Assembly (NCBI RefSeq): GCF_964355755.1
Contig: NC_092677.1
Location: 12,298,101-12,362,100, forward strand
DNA length: 64,000 bases
From: Antedon mediterranea
Lineage: Eukaryota > Animalia > Echinodermata
Direction of reading: 5' to 3'
Shown here: positions 10,572 to 24,299 of the stretch, piece by piece
How positions within the stretch are numbered: position 1 is the first letter of the stretch
How the letters are laid out: each line of letters starts with the position of its first letter
Made by a program: the position numbers and the translations under genes
Notes under the pieces: model-generated
Databases searched by the model: none
What the model saw: only the letters and a program-made list of their open reading frames with translations
Told to the model about the DNA's origin: nothing

Positions 10572-13500
10572 ATGGATATGCGATGGGAACTTTACATATT
10601 TATTACCCATTGGCTATGGATGTGCAATGGAGAAGAAATGGGGTATAGTATGTTTTAAAGTGTGGTAATTCCGCAGGCCTTGTTGTTGGGCCTAACTAAA
10701 AAGCTAGGCACCCACCACTCTGGTCCCGACCAGCTCGAATTGATTGAATTGGAATGGCTCACCACACGTCACCTCGGTCCCAAATCTTTTCTGTAGTCTA
10801 GGCCTTGGTCAAGTTCGTCCCTATTCTATAATAGTGTTATTGTTTCTAAAGATTGAACTGAAATATTTGTCACATCACTGCACCGAGAACATTGTTAGGT
10901 TATATTATAGTATAGTATTTACCGCAACTATTTGTTGTAGTACTGCACATTCTAATAAAATTGTTGGAAATTAAATAATTTGTTTTTTTTTAATAATAAT
11001 GCATTTTTTGTTTCAGCTCTCAAATAATGGTTGATGTATTATCGCCTTACAAACTTGGTGAGCACAACCCAAAAAAGTTACACCGGGAAGTGCGAGATTG
11101 TCAACCAGTAAAATATGGAAATGTCACCCACACAATCATCCCATCACATGGACAAAACAGTAGCACAATTACGCTTCCAATAACAACAACAAAACGTTTT
11201 GTCAGAGACTTTCAGACCTCAATTTATGAGAAGCGTACATCTGGAGGACATATAACCTTTATTAATAATCCTAGTCGGACTTTATCGGTATTAGAGCCGC
11301 TTGAAAATGGGGGCTGCGGCGGTAACCGTCGAGCAACGGTTTTAAAGTCTTCTGAACAAAGAAAGTGTATTGTGTCGATGAATGCCGGTTTCTTTAACAC
11401 ACACACTGGTGAATGCCTAGGTAATATTGTGAGTGGAGGCCGCAGGGTGAAAAATTCCAACGGTATACAAAATGCACATTTTGGTATAAAACAAGATGGT
11501 TCTTTAGTATTTGGGTATGAAACAAACAAATGATTGATTTTTGTATTTATTGTGGAGAATTGTAAATAATCATCCCTGGTTAGTCACCAAGCCTTAACCC
11601 CCTTCCCTGGATCTGTTCAAATGAATGTGAATGCATATACTGTAATATTAAAAAGGTATCAAATGTACAAACTATCTCTCTTATAGTATAAATATGAAAA
11701 AAGAGTATAATAATGGGTGTATTAAAAGTGCGATGTGGCAAAATATTGTGGTGATGTGCCAAAATACGCTAGTAATATGACATCATCATGTCCATATCAC
11801 ATTTTTGTTTTCACATAAAGTCTGACGGTGTAGACAGAGCTTTAAGGTAAACAGAAAACATGTTCATTGTTGTTCAGGCCTATTATTATGTTTTCCTGTA
11901 TTCAAATAAAATAAATGAATTTAATAATCTGTATAAGAACAGCCCCAAATTCTTAAATTAAAAAAATGGCCCATTTGTTACTATTCGTGTCTCAAGCTAG
12001 TTGAGAAATAACACCTTGACAATTAAATAAGTAATTGAGTCAAAGATAATAACTTTATTATGGTGCATATATATTTTTCAGATATTTATCTGAAGAGGAT
12101 GTTGAAAATACAACTAATCCCTTTATACAATTAGTCGGAGGGGTTGGATGGCTTCTCAGAAATGGTGAGGTGTATGTTGATGAGAGCATAAAAGTAGAGT
12201 GCGATGAGACAGAAGAAACGGGTAAGTTACAACTAGAAACTAATGTGCTATATTCTATTACATTCTTTTTACTAAGTATTTCCAGTGATGTAGCCACAGG
12301 AAATAAAGTGGTGCGGTTGTCAGAAGAAAAGGGAACAATCCCCTGTGCAGTTCACATGGTTGTTAAAGACCTCTGTGAAAAGTGGTCAGGTTGATACCTT
12401 ACCAACCGTACTGGTTTCACTTAGTGATTTGAATAAATAATTTAGGATGGTATTCACTTTTTAAAAAGAAAATATTTATTTAACACTTAAGTAAATCATT
12501 TCTCTTAAGTGATATTCACTTGGATGACAGATTGTGTAAATGGTGAATACAGACACAGATTCCTAATTTGAGAGAGGAAGTAAAGTGATACTCGTGATTA
12601 AAACGTTTTCTGGAAGCTGTTGAATTGTAGATACGAATTCATGTAAAAATTATGCGCATCTGATCTGTTCAATTATAAAAGTCGTAATTTCATATTTTTC
12701 ATTATAGTTCATGACATTAAAAAGAGCGCACATCCATATTTTACATATCCAAATTTCTTCAACATGTTAATATTTTAAAAAATTGCTATCTACGTGTTTT
12801 ATTTTGATGACGTCGTCATGTTAGAAAATGGATAAAAATGCGGGTCCCGTTATTTTCACCTATTCTGCACTGTATGTAGTACGTATACAGTATATAGTTT
12901 ATATACTTAGACGTGACACAAAATAGAGGGCACACTAAAGTTGTATTTTTTTCAGGTCACAATGGCATAATCGTTATTTCTGTGTGCAATGTTCTAGCGT
13001 ATGACCTGCACATGGCGTTTGCGCGGCGGATAACCTAACTCATCCATAGTGATGAGTTCAAATCTAGTTGAACTTAGTTGTGTATTTTCATTATTATAAC
13101 AGGCTCGGCAAAGGAGTTCTTTGAAGTTGTGTCGGCGAGAACAGCGATAGGAAGTGATGCAGAGGGCAGGGTTGTACTTGTAAATATTGATGGACAAACA
13201 CGCAAATTTGGGTAAGAATATCTAGTTTAATGTTAGTCATTTGCTTTTGTTTATTTGAGAGGTTTCGCAATCTTACAAATACGATAACGAAAACGGATAT
13301 GTCACACACACGTATTCGTTTTTCGTAAGCCAGTAAAAATCTGTTTCGCATGGCAACGAAATATTGAGGGCGCCGTCCAAAATATGACTGCGGTAAATTT
13401 GAGCGATACGTGTTGCTTCGTGCTTGGCTGCCTAGGCCTAGCGTAACATCAAAGCGAGTGAGGACTTTAAAAACTGCTATTTATCAAAATTGACCTGGCA

Positions 13501-16500
13501 TTTTAGTAAATTACTTTAGTAAATTACTTTCAATAATCGATAATTATATTATAATTATGAATCATTCCTGATTCAAATGCAAAATGTGCAAAATAGATCA
13601 AAAACTATACTCGTTTTGTAGTTACGAATATGACTGGTGATATTCAACACGAATACGCTTACGACTATGAAATGGGGATCAGCTCAAAAGTTTCACAAAT
13701 GCGTGACGTATCCGTTGTCGTTATCGTATTCGTAAGGTTGCGAAACCTCCCTATTAATTTAAAGAATTTATTGAAATACAATTTCAAATTGAAAAAAAAT
13801 GTTGTTAATGAAATTTACTTGGGTCAAATATTATAACTTAAGCTCTGTCATCACAATCAAACTTAATGTGACAAAAAAATGTAATGTGCCCATGTATGGA
13901 AATGATGATATCATATCACTACAATATTTAAGCATATCACTACCATATTTGGGCACATCACACTTTTTTCAAACCAGTTTGATAGTGTAGACACACATTT
14001 TTTTGTCACATAAAGTTTGATAGTGTAGACAGCTTAATAGTGCATAAATATTTTGTTCTCAGAGTAAACTTAAGGATGATGGCAGAGTTCTTGAAGGAGT
14101 TAGGTGTAGTAGATGCTATCAATCTAGATGGTGGAGGATCGGCAACGTATGTGATTAATGGAACTGTTGTAGACTACCCAACAGACACATGGTAATTGTT
14201 AATAAACCCAGAAATTGTTTGTCAGCAATTATTATTCAACAAGGCAACTTTAAAAAATTAAAAAAATTAGCAAACTAGAAGTGCAGTGAGTGCTACGAGT
14301 AGATTTATAACATAACGTAGAATGTCAAACTGAATGTCTATATTAGAATGCTTCTTATTGGATAACAAAAAGACCCTTTTTTCATTTCATTTATTTTACG
14401 TCTCACATATAACAAAAAATAACAAACACTAGAGAGAGACAGGATTCCCAAAAGCGAATTAAATCAAACTATCAAGTGGATCTCCAAAGCATAACATCAT
14501 CCAACAATAAAATACAAAACGTGAAGATTAAACAGAACCAAACATCTATACAATAATTATCCTAGTAATTACCCTACATCTACGTATCAAATCAAAGTAA
14601 ACATTTATTTCCTTCAATTGCAGAAAATATAGAAACATAATCTTTAACAACGTTGAAACGTAATTATAAGGTTTAAAAAAGGAACAAATGAAAATAAAAT
14701 GTAACAAACAAATTGTTACTGTGCAGTGGACAAACAATAATTGATTTCACCGGCAGAGAGCGAAAGCCGTACACCTGCCTAGGTTGTCTTAGGCTAATGT
14801 TTTGTAGTTAAACAATGAACTTTCTGATCTTACAAGCAATGTAAGTGAGTTGACCAATCACAAGAGACAGTTTGGATGATCCATCCGGTTGTGATTGGTA
14901 AAATTAATTGTGGTGGGTTTGCATCTTTGTGGAAAACATTGTTGCGATTCATTCTTGTATTGTTATGTAACATAAAATGATATTTAACCATTATTAAACA
15001 TTTGTATTACTACAGTACCGATCGAGAATATAATTGTGCTCGTCAGGTTTCGACGATAATATGTGCTCATGAACCAGAATGCCAACCTGAGAATTGTAGT
15101 AACCATGGAGATTGTATACTAGGAACATGTCATTGTCATGACAACTGGAAAGGAGCAAGGTGTGATGAGTTGTTTTGTGGTAGTACTAATTGTGGAGAAC
15201 ATGGCAAATGTACAAATGGTGAGTTATTTCTATGTTTTGTGAATGTTTAATCTGTGATTGTATTTGCCTCATGAATTATTCATTGCGCATAATTATGTCC
15301 AAACAGTTGTACCACATTTGCAGTAGCTTGCTGGGGTTCACAACCAAAGAACAGCTCTACATATTTAGCTCACTGGGAAATGTTCTTGTAAATTCTCTTA
15401 CATAGATATTTAGGAACACTGGCTTGTTGACGTCCCAGCCTTGGGGTCACAAGTGAGTTATTGTGCATACAACCAAAGAACAGATCTATCACATTTAGCT
15501 CACTAAAAAGTCTTTAAAATAATGTTTTTTCTTGGGACATGGTGTTTAAGCACACTAGCTTGTTAATATCCTATTATTATTATTATTTTTTAGATGGCTG
15601 TGTATGTGAAGCTGGTTGGGAACCACCATTTTGTATATTTGTTTGCGCTATGGGTCACTATGGCGTCAACTGTGAAGGAACCTGCCAGTGTCAGAATGGA
15701 GCCATTTGTAATGTCAGCTCAGGAGCATGTAGCTGCCTTCCTGGCTACCGTGGTGTTTTCTGTGATGAAGGTAAACAAACTTTAATAATTTTTTTGTCCC
15801 ACAATAATTATAATAGTCATTTATTTTATAGCCCCTTGTTAGGCTGTTAATGCACTGTACAGAATTATTATTATTATTATTAATGAAGTAAATCAGAAAA
15901 TGGCAAATTGTTATATAAAAAAAAGTCTTTAGCTGCGTTTAAACAAAAGTAACACAGATTAATATTAGTGGACTAACTGTAGTATTATGGCAGAAAATTT
16001 GCACAAGCTCAGTAAATTATAGTAAATATTCTATGAGGAGTATCTTTTTATTACTTTGCAGTGTGTCCAGTTGGATTCTATGGCCAAGATTGCCTTGAGA
16101 CCTGTTACTGTCCTGGTCAATCCTGCTTTTGCCATCATGTGACCGGTAACTGTGATGTATCTAAGAATAATACAAACAGCATCTACCTTTTACAAAGTAA
16201 GTGTTTCAAAAAATCATCAGTAAAAATTACTCTTAATTAAGCTCTGTCTACACTATCAAAAAAGTGTGATATGGCCAAATATGGTAGTGATATGACATCA
16301 ACATGTCCATATATGGGCACATCACATTTTTTTTGGTCATATTTTGAGTGTAGACAGCGCTTTAGCAGAGTTGGTTTTTTGTTATTATTTGGTTAAAGTG
16401 TGTTACTTGGTAAATCAGGAGTTAGATTTTATTAAACACTATTATTTATGGACATTATCCAAATTAGGTAACCCTGTGATAACAAATATTTCAGCGCCTT

Positions 16501-16884
16501 GAGCACTTTGTAAATATGTATGCTTTATAAATCTTATTGTCTATAGATAACATTAAAATATAAGTTATTATAATTATATTAGGTGATCCACCACTAATGG
16601 CAGAGAACCTGTTGTGATTGTACAAATTGTTGTTCTTTTTCACAGCTGCAAAATGTATGGCAGATGAAGTCACCGAAACGAAAGGTATTACACCAGTAAC
16701 AACCAATGACAAAGAAAAAGAACTATTCATTGGATTTGTCACGATGACGTGCATCGCTGCCGTCAGTATCCTGTGCAATATATTTCTCTTATGCTTCCAA
16801 TGTGCGTGTCGTTGCCGAACAAAACCATTCCGTTCTAAAAATAAACTGTATGCCAGAATAAGTGAATCGTTTGAATCAGAATAA
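10572..16884 (+). CDS. NAGPA: N-acetylglucosamine-1-phosphodiester alpha-N-acetylglucosaminidase (uncovering enzyme), 9 coding exons, ~566 aa
   Basis: Phase-consistent GT-AG exons: 10572-10642, 11017-11514, 12082-12221, 13103-13211, 14063-14191, 15016-15218, 15594-15770, 16062-16196, 16646-16884. Motifs: short hydrophobic leader, REVR|DC furin-like site, SVLEP..GGC, NAGFF, CLGNIVS, GYLSEED, QLVGGVGWLLRNG, SARTAIG, AINLDGGGS, RQVSTIICAHEP, EGF-like repeats, TM helix, cytosolic YARI motif. Exon 1 is the least certain. Confidence 0.93.
11722..11841. mobile_element. Harbinger-like MITE family A (partial copy)
   Basis: Ends GTGTAGACAGAGCT, internal ATGACATCATCATGTCCATAT; same family as the copies below. 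Confidence 0.7.
13257..13751. mobile_element. MITE with ~50-bp terminal inverted repeats in NAGPA intron 4
   Basis: GAGAGGTTTCGCAATCTTACAAATACGATAACGAAAACGGATATGTCAC ... GTGACGTATCCGTTGTCGTTATCGTATTCGTAAGGTTGCGAAACCTCCC; superfamily not determined. Confidence 0.8.
13841..14034. mobile_element. Harbinger-like MITE family A (duplicated 3' end)
   Basis: AGCTCTGTC...ATCAAAC start, CACTACCATATTTGGGCACATCAC core, TTTGATAGTGTAGACA end present twice. Confidence 0.75.
16240..16361. mobile_element. Harbinger-like MITE family A
   Basis: TIRs AGCTCTGTCTACAC / GTGTAGACAGCGCT, TTA flanks. Confidence 0.8.
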
Positions 16885-17852
16885 TCAAAAAGCGGACACA
16901 AAATTTCTGAGATGTTGATCATGAAATCAAATTAGTTTTTAAATCTCTACTAAATATTGAAAAGGATTACTCTGTATTACAATTAAAGAAATAACAATTC
17001 CTGTAGCAATACTAATGCTGTTTATTTTATGAGGCTGGTTCCGTTTCCAACTGTTGAAAAATAAATTGTGTAGAAATAATATTGATTTTCTAAACAGGTC
17101 AAATCAGTCTTAAGAATCACTATCCTAGAACATTTGCCAAGGATATTCAAACTTGCGATCTCTGACACCAGGGATATTGATGGTATAGGCCGAATCAGCA
17201 ATAGGCAAGGTATTGAAAAATACCAGTTACTCACTTTAATAAGTAATCAATTTTTTTTAGGTGGATGTACCAGCAATTTTCTTGAAAGTTATTCATTAAA
17301 TTAAAACATTTTTATGAAATTTCACCAGTACATAATATATTTCAAAAATCTAATAATGTTAAATAACCAAATTTTAATTTAAAAAAACATTTATATAGTG
17401 CCACTTCCAAAATACAAATTATTAAAGTAAAGGTGTATTGTATCCCTAATTTTTCTGAATGTTTTTTTTTTGTAATTTAATTTTAAAAGAATTTATTATT
17501 TTATAGTATTTCAGCGATAGGTGGTTTAGAGATTTTTTATTTTCATTATAATTTATTCTATATATTGAATTTAATATTTGGTTTATATGAGATATATGCA
17601 AAGAAGAATTCAACAAAAATTGTTTAATTTTTGGTTTTAAACATGATAATTATCAGTTGTCTTGCACAATAAATATACAAGAGCATATATTATAGTATGT
17701 AAGTACTGTAGTAATATACTGTGTATGCAATAATTTGTTTACTGTTGAAAAAGTAAACATTTTTTTTCTCTTGGATTTATTTAATAAGGTGAATTTCTTT
17801 GATTAAATTTATGAAAAGTACATGAGTTATGATTGATTGGTGTTTGTTTTAA

Positions 17853-17980
17853 AGCTCTCTGTCTGCACTATCAAACTAGTTTGACAAAAAAAGTGTGATG
17901 TGCACAAATATGGTAGTGATATGACATCATGTCCATATATGGGCATATCACCTTTTTTTTTCTTGTAAAGTTTGATCGTA
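17853..17980. mobile_element. Harbinger-like MITE family A (3'-truncated)
   Basis: AGCTCTCTGTCTGCACTATCAAACTAGTTTGAC... family core. Confidence 0.7.
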
Positions 17981-20125
17981 TCAAACACCCAGTGCTGCAG
18001 CCACAAGAAAATGCTGCGGTTGCCGCAAGAGGAGGCAATCCCTGTGCAGGCAGGGTTGTCAAAAGCTTCTCCCAAAAAGTGTAACCTTACCAACCGTACT
18101 GGTGGTTACGGCCCTGACACCCACACATGCATTTGCACACCCAGGATGATGCCGTGCTGGAAAAATAACGAATATTAAGACAATTTTGACTTTAATATAC
18201 TTTTAATAATTGTTATAACAGATAGATATTGTAACACACTGCCCATAATAATGAACTTTATTATAGAGAAATGAAAAATAATGTACAGGCGATCCTATTA
18301 GTGGTCAGTTGCTGTTAACTTGTACAGTAATTTTGTCACCACGTTAGCCTACATTTAAAAATGCCAAAATACATACTGTACATGAGTACCCCACCTCAAG
18401 TCATACTGGATTCAGTACACTACCATCGCCACTACAAAACTATGTACTCAATGTCAGTTTTTCATTTACACGAACATAATATTTTTATTAGGAGAATATT
18501 TTGGCAAGAGACAACAATAAATAATAATCACATAAATATAGTTTTGAAAAATATTGTAGTTTTGTAAATTTTGCCTTACTTTTACCTTGTATTTGTTTTT
18601 CAAAACTGACCCTGTTTTGTAAGACTACTTTAATAAAGTAAGTTGTACATGGATTGATGATAAAAATATAATAAAATGTTTATAGTATATTATTTAGAAA
18701 AATAGATTCTTTGGTTTGCAGAAACTTCACCCTTAACCACATTTTTACTAGTTACACTAAAAAAAACATTGATTATGATGAGTTATTTTGCAATGAATAC
18801 AATAATTAATTTTATATAACATTTAAGTAAATCCCGGTCATTTGATTGGAGGATTGTGGGTCACATGATATTCAATAAACACTTCATTGAACCCATGCAA
18901 CATCAAGAGTTCATTCTTGTTTTATGACACAGAGATGTACAGTAGCCACAAGAAAAGGGAACAATCTCTGTTCAAACCACTGGGTTATCACTGTGAAAAA
19001 TGAGTCAGGTTGAAACTGGTGACAAACCTAAGTACATTTGGGCTAAATGTTAATGCATGGGTACTTCACATTGTAATAATTTTCTTTTGCAAACATTTTA
19101 ACAATGGAGATATCACAGACAACCTAAAATATGAAAATGACACAAGAATAATTGTAATAATTCACTAGATCATGTACAAACAACCTTATTTACAAATAAT
19201 GCATAGATGTGTTAAGAAAAAAATGTTTTTTAAAGTATGTAATTACATAACATTTACATTAAACATGTATTTTAATTAAGGCTGGTGGGTACAGTACAGT
19301 AGGATGGTCACAAAAAAAGACAAATTCTATTCTATAATCATTTGCTTATTGTTAAATATAAATCTTTGTGACAAAATTAAGTTTAGTACGTGATAGCTCA
19401 CATACTGTACATATGCACATTTCTGATTGGCCATGAATTTCTAGATCTGAATTCCTCTTTTTTTACATGTGGGAATGGACAAACCAATGGTAAAGTATGT
19501 TTGTACTTGAATACCTTTTTTATGTAACAATAAATCATTCAATGTTTATTCATTGTTGCTTTTCAATCTGATTGGCAGTTCTAAATGTTGTGCTTTTTTA
19601 TAGTTAAGTACTGTACTTAAATATTAAATTAGTATCACATTGATAGTATTAATTAATAATCTGTGGCAATGCTTTTCACCAAAAAATGGAAAAAGCCTAT
19701 CAATAAATATACAGTACCTTATGGCTTTATATCTATATTTAGGCTAAAATTCTACATTTCTAATACATTTTATGACATTGTTTTTACATTAACTTAACCT
19801 TAAAAATAATTCCCAAGATACAGTTGTAACATGTGACTAGCATGTGACACTGTATCATGGGATATAAGACACTGAACAAATTGAGATACAGTTCAGTTTA
19901 CTGAGAATTTGGGTGATCAAAAAGAAATAGAATGGAAAAACAAAATGAAATCTCTACGAAAACTACACTACTTAAACTATGTACTACTTAATAATAAAGC
20001 ACCATTCAAAATATAGTAAGCATTCACATACAGAATATTGTAATCAGCATGTTTTGTTTATACCAATAGTGCCCTCAAAATGGAAAACTAAGCAAACTTT
20101 GGTCACTTTACCCATTAAGGCCTAA

Positions 20126-20550
20126 AGCTCTGTCTACACTATCAAATTTTATGTGAAAAAAAATGTGATGTGCTCATATACCTGTAGACATGATGATGTC
20201 ATATCACTACCATATTTGGGCTTATCACTATCATATTTGGGCATATCACTATCATATTTGGGCATATCACTAGTTTGATAGTGTAGACAGAGCTGAAAAC
20301 AATTTTATACCTACTCCTTGCTTTACTTTTGCATTGTAAATGTTTTGGTTTAGCTTTTTTTATAACAAAGCTATTGGACAAAAGTGTTATATATTGCGTA
20401 ACTCATGTAGTTAATATTTAACAGGCTTGTTTCTACACTATCAAACTTTATGTGACAAAAAATGTGATGTTCCCAAATATGGTAGTTAATACGGCATAAT
20501 TGTCTCTATACATGGCCACATCACATAAAGTTTGATGTGTAGACAAAGCT
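20126..20550. mobile_element. Two Harbinger-like MITE family A copies (20126-20294 with internal 19-bp repeats; 20423-20550)
   Basis: TIRs AGCTCTGTCTACACTATCAAA / TTTGATAGTGTAGACAGAGCT; the internal ATCACTAYCATATTTGGGC unit is triplicated in the first copy. Confidence 0.8.
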
Positions 20551-20686
20551 TAACACATACAACACACTGCTTGGTAATCATCTCCATAACAACAAAGCAT
20601 TGTTTACTTTTGAAAAGTTATATACCTTTTGTTAAAGATTACATATCCTTTGTACAGTATATAATATCTCACTTTCATTACAAAAT

Positions 20687-20973
20687 TTACTCTGCTTTTC
20701 CTCTTTGTTTATGGTTCTCTTCCATGACTAACTTCATATCTTCCTTTATATATTTTTTCGTTCTTTCCGACAGTTTTGCGCGTAATTCACCATCTTCTGT
20801 CAACTGGCGCATCAGAATGGAGAAGTCTGCGTCGGGATACTGATCCAGTACATCCTGAAATGATATGTGCAGTTGGTGGCGCTTGTCTGAATCAAGTTCT
20901 GTTAGCACCTCCGACACTTTTCGTGTCTTTCCGCCAACTTTCCATTTGGCATAGCCAGCACCAATCATGCTAC
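20687..20973 (-). CDS. C19orf12: Duplicated alternative last exon of the C19orf12 homolog (isoform B, ~148 aa with shared exon 23321-23480)
   Basis: Acceptor TTATTAATTACAG, phase 1 (G|GT), open for 95 codons: GSMIGAGYAKWKVGGKTRKVSEVLTELDSDKRHQL..., aligning by eye with GGTCGSLVAAYMTNGKFKSVPQILQEMSPEQKERL. No separate first exon found between 20974 and 22002. Confidence 0.65.
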
Positions 20974-22002
20974 CTGTAATTAATAAATAAAATTGGCAGA
21001 TGTTAAAAATTTGCATGTTATAAAATGGCAGATGTTGTGCAATTAGAATTCTGTGTAGAATGTTCATATTATTTTAGTGAACTTCCAAAAATAACAAATA
21101 AAGACTGACACTGCCAGATAAAGTATACAAAATGTTTAATGTATATAAACATGATTTAAAAATCTTAAACAAATTTTATATAAAATCAAAATTAAGGTTC
21201 ATAAATTAAATTTCATAATTTATAGAAGTCAAAGTATAGAAATAACAAAAACTGATACTGACTTACTAAAATGTCAATATTGCATTAAATACTGTTAATA
21301 ATCCTATTTTGACATTTATAAGTTACTGTAGTTATTTTAACTACTCCATTAATTACTTATTGAACTTAAAAATAAACTATTCAATCTCGCTAGCATTTGA
21401 AATACAGTAATTCTAATCATTGCCAATTACAATAATACTGTATACCATTAACACAATTTATTGCTGAAAAACAAATGCTGAAAATGATATCTGGAAATAA
21501 GTGTACATGTAACACTTCTATCTACTGAGTTGAGTTTGTGGAAGGGTACAGTATTACAGTAGTCTATACACTCCCATTCCCAATAAAAACATTGAGTAAA
21601 TGTATTTTATACCACTGCAGAATATTATTTGAAAACCAGTTCCTTTCCCAATTCTTACAGAAAGAAACAGAATTTATACTGTTATAGAATAAACAGTATC
21701 TTACTATACTGTAAGCTTGAGTTTACTATTATTTCTACATTATTAAAAAAAGGATTTTGAAATTCTGAATTTTAAATGGGATTCAAGTGAATCATCTCAG
21801 AATAACTATAAACTGCTCGATATATGTAATGCACAGTACAAAAAAGCATCAATGGTGGGTGTCCAAAGTAAAGTTACTAAACAAATATTGCATTCCTATG
21901 TTACTGATAGCGTCCTAAATTATTGTAGCGTCCAGGTAAGGTCTTAGGCACGAAATAGACTTATTTCTTTTCTGAGTAATTAATATATTCGGAGGAGTTC
22001 AG

Positions 22003-23480
22003 TTACTGTTGGGTGAGAATAGACATGTTCAGTTCATTTTGCAGATAGTTTGTCAAGCCCTCAACAACACGCCCTCTAACGTCAGTGTCTCCACTGATTA
22101 GCTTTTGGAGCTCAAATACATCGTTGTAATCCAGCCCTTGGAATATTATTTGATAATGATTATATAGTCTCTCTTTCTGTTCTGGACTCATCTCCTGCAA
22201 TATTTGTGGCACAGATTTAAATTTGCCATTGGTCATATAAGCGGCTACCAAACTACCACATGTTCCACCTGAAAGGAAGACCAGCATGCATCAGAAAGAG
22301 AGACATGTAAACGTAGCGACACTTACTACCCTTAGCGCAATTTTTAAAAAGACTAAATGAAGCAATTGATGTACAGTGCACTACATATTTCAAGGCCTAT
22401 TTAGTAATGTACAGGACCAGCCTAGAAACCAGCATCAGAGAAGTAATTTCATAGAACTCAATCGTAACTGTACAATATGGTCAAATGACCTCTAAAGTCA
22501 GGAAACGAAAATATACTTTTATAAGGTCACTTGTTTGACCATTGATTGACAGATCTATTGGAAAGTCTACAGTAATTGAAAGTGAATGAGGAAGAATTAT
22601 CTCATGTCCAGACACTATCAAGACCTGCGTATAATTCATTTTTTTAAAGATAAAAAATTATATTATACCAAGTTATTATTAAATAGAAAATACCATAGTA
22701 AATTCATAATCAACATCATAAAATCATGGGTCACAGGGACAGTGGTAATGGTCACTCAACTTGAGCATCCTACTGTATCCTCATAGATGTACTTTAGCAG
22801 GACCTTACAGCCTGCCTGTTGGCACCCATCCTAACGATTATTTTCTTTGTACAGGTATCTTAAATTTAAATCAAAGGCACCTACAGTATTACTGTTGCTT
22901 GGAAAAATTGTATTTGAAACTTATGAAGTACTGTAAATCATAAGATGTGAAAATGTGTGCGAGACTTGTCAGGTTTGTAAACATGAAAAATATGTCATCA
23001 AATGTTTAGTGTTACATAATCTATGCACTGTATTCTTGCAGTATGGATTTAAACATTCTTAACCCTCTACTTCGCATTCACCGCTGTTTCACAGTACAGT
23101 GTATACAGTCAATGTCTACTCGTCTGTATATCGCTGATGATTCTACACAATTCAGTACAAGTCTTAAGCTCTATCAAACTTATTTTGACAAAAAATGTGA
23201 TGTTCCATACAGTATATGGACATGATGATGTCATATCACTACCATATTTGGGCACATCACACCTTTTTCAAACTAGTATGATAGTGTAGACAGAGCTTTA
23301 ATATCAAATTGATCCCTTACCAACAGCGATTCCTAAAGGTCCACCCATCAAACCGCCAATCGTGGCACCTGTTCCTGCCATTACTCCTGCCTTCATTGTC
23401 TCTTTCACAGTCACTCTGAGGTTCTCCTCTTCTGCTAAAACAGACAGGAGTCTAATAAGTTCATCAGCTGACACAGGCAT
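22003..23480 (-). CDS. C19orf12: Protein C19orf12 homolog (glycine-zipper membrane protein), 2 coding exons, 141 aa
   Basis: Exons 23480-23321 (MPVSADELIRLLSVLAEEENLRVTVKETMKAGVMAGTGATIGGLMGGPLGIAVG) and 22268-22003 (GTCGSLVAAYMTNGKFKSVPQIL...), phase-1 intron. GGP.GIAVGG and FKSVPQIL are family hallmarks. Probable 5' UTR donor near 24210. Confidence 0.92.
23167..23297. mobile_element. Harbinger-like MITE family A
   Basis: AGCTCT...AGAGCT termini with TTA at 23164-23166 and 23298-23300. Confidence 0.8.
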
Positions 23481-24299
23481 CTTGATTCTTTATATTCCCC
23501 TTTTGTCTAAAAGAAAGAAAATTACAGATTTTTTATATTTGCAAATTATTTTTATTCTGTTGTGAATATGGTATGGTTCATCGCAAATACTGTAGCTTGA
23601 TTTCATGAGGAACTTCATTGCACAATGCATGATGGGAAGGGTTTGGGAGCAAACATCACAACGCGTATATAAATATACAAACAACAAAATCGTGTACGTG
23701 CGCGTCGTGACATTTGCTCCTGAACCCTTCCCATCAAGCGTCGGGCACGCTATTTGCTTATTGGCACATCATTAGTGCATGGTCAACTGTACCAATATAG
23801 ATGGACGGGAAAAAAATTACAATTATATGCACGTGCCACGGTTGATCATGTCATTTTCATAAAAATAATTAATAATTGATAAAAATATTTATGATATTAA
23901 ATGTGATTATGAATGTAAAATTCTCTTTTTATCTAATTAATACAGATAGTTAGCCTGGCCCTATGCATTTTACTGTATAATGGGATCAAGATGTATTTTA
24001 CATTTTAATCTTATCAATTTACGATGATTTCAGAGGCAGGCTAGCTAGGCCGAGGCCCTTATTCATGATGATCCGTCATGTCGTGGGTCTGCATCGTGCA
24101 AGAAGCAGGGGATTTATACACGAAATGCTCGATCTCCCGAGAGCACCGCCACCACCACACAGACAGCACTCACTGTGTGTCGAAAACAACAACAGCTCTA
24201 AAATACTTACAAAAAAGCTCTTTAGAATTTACGGACACCTTTATTGAAAATACAACTGTTTGATTCGAATAAGTCTTAACTTCCCATTGCATTTATAAC

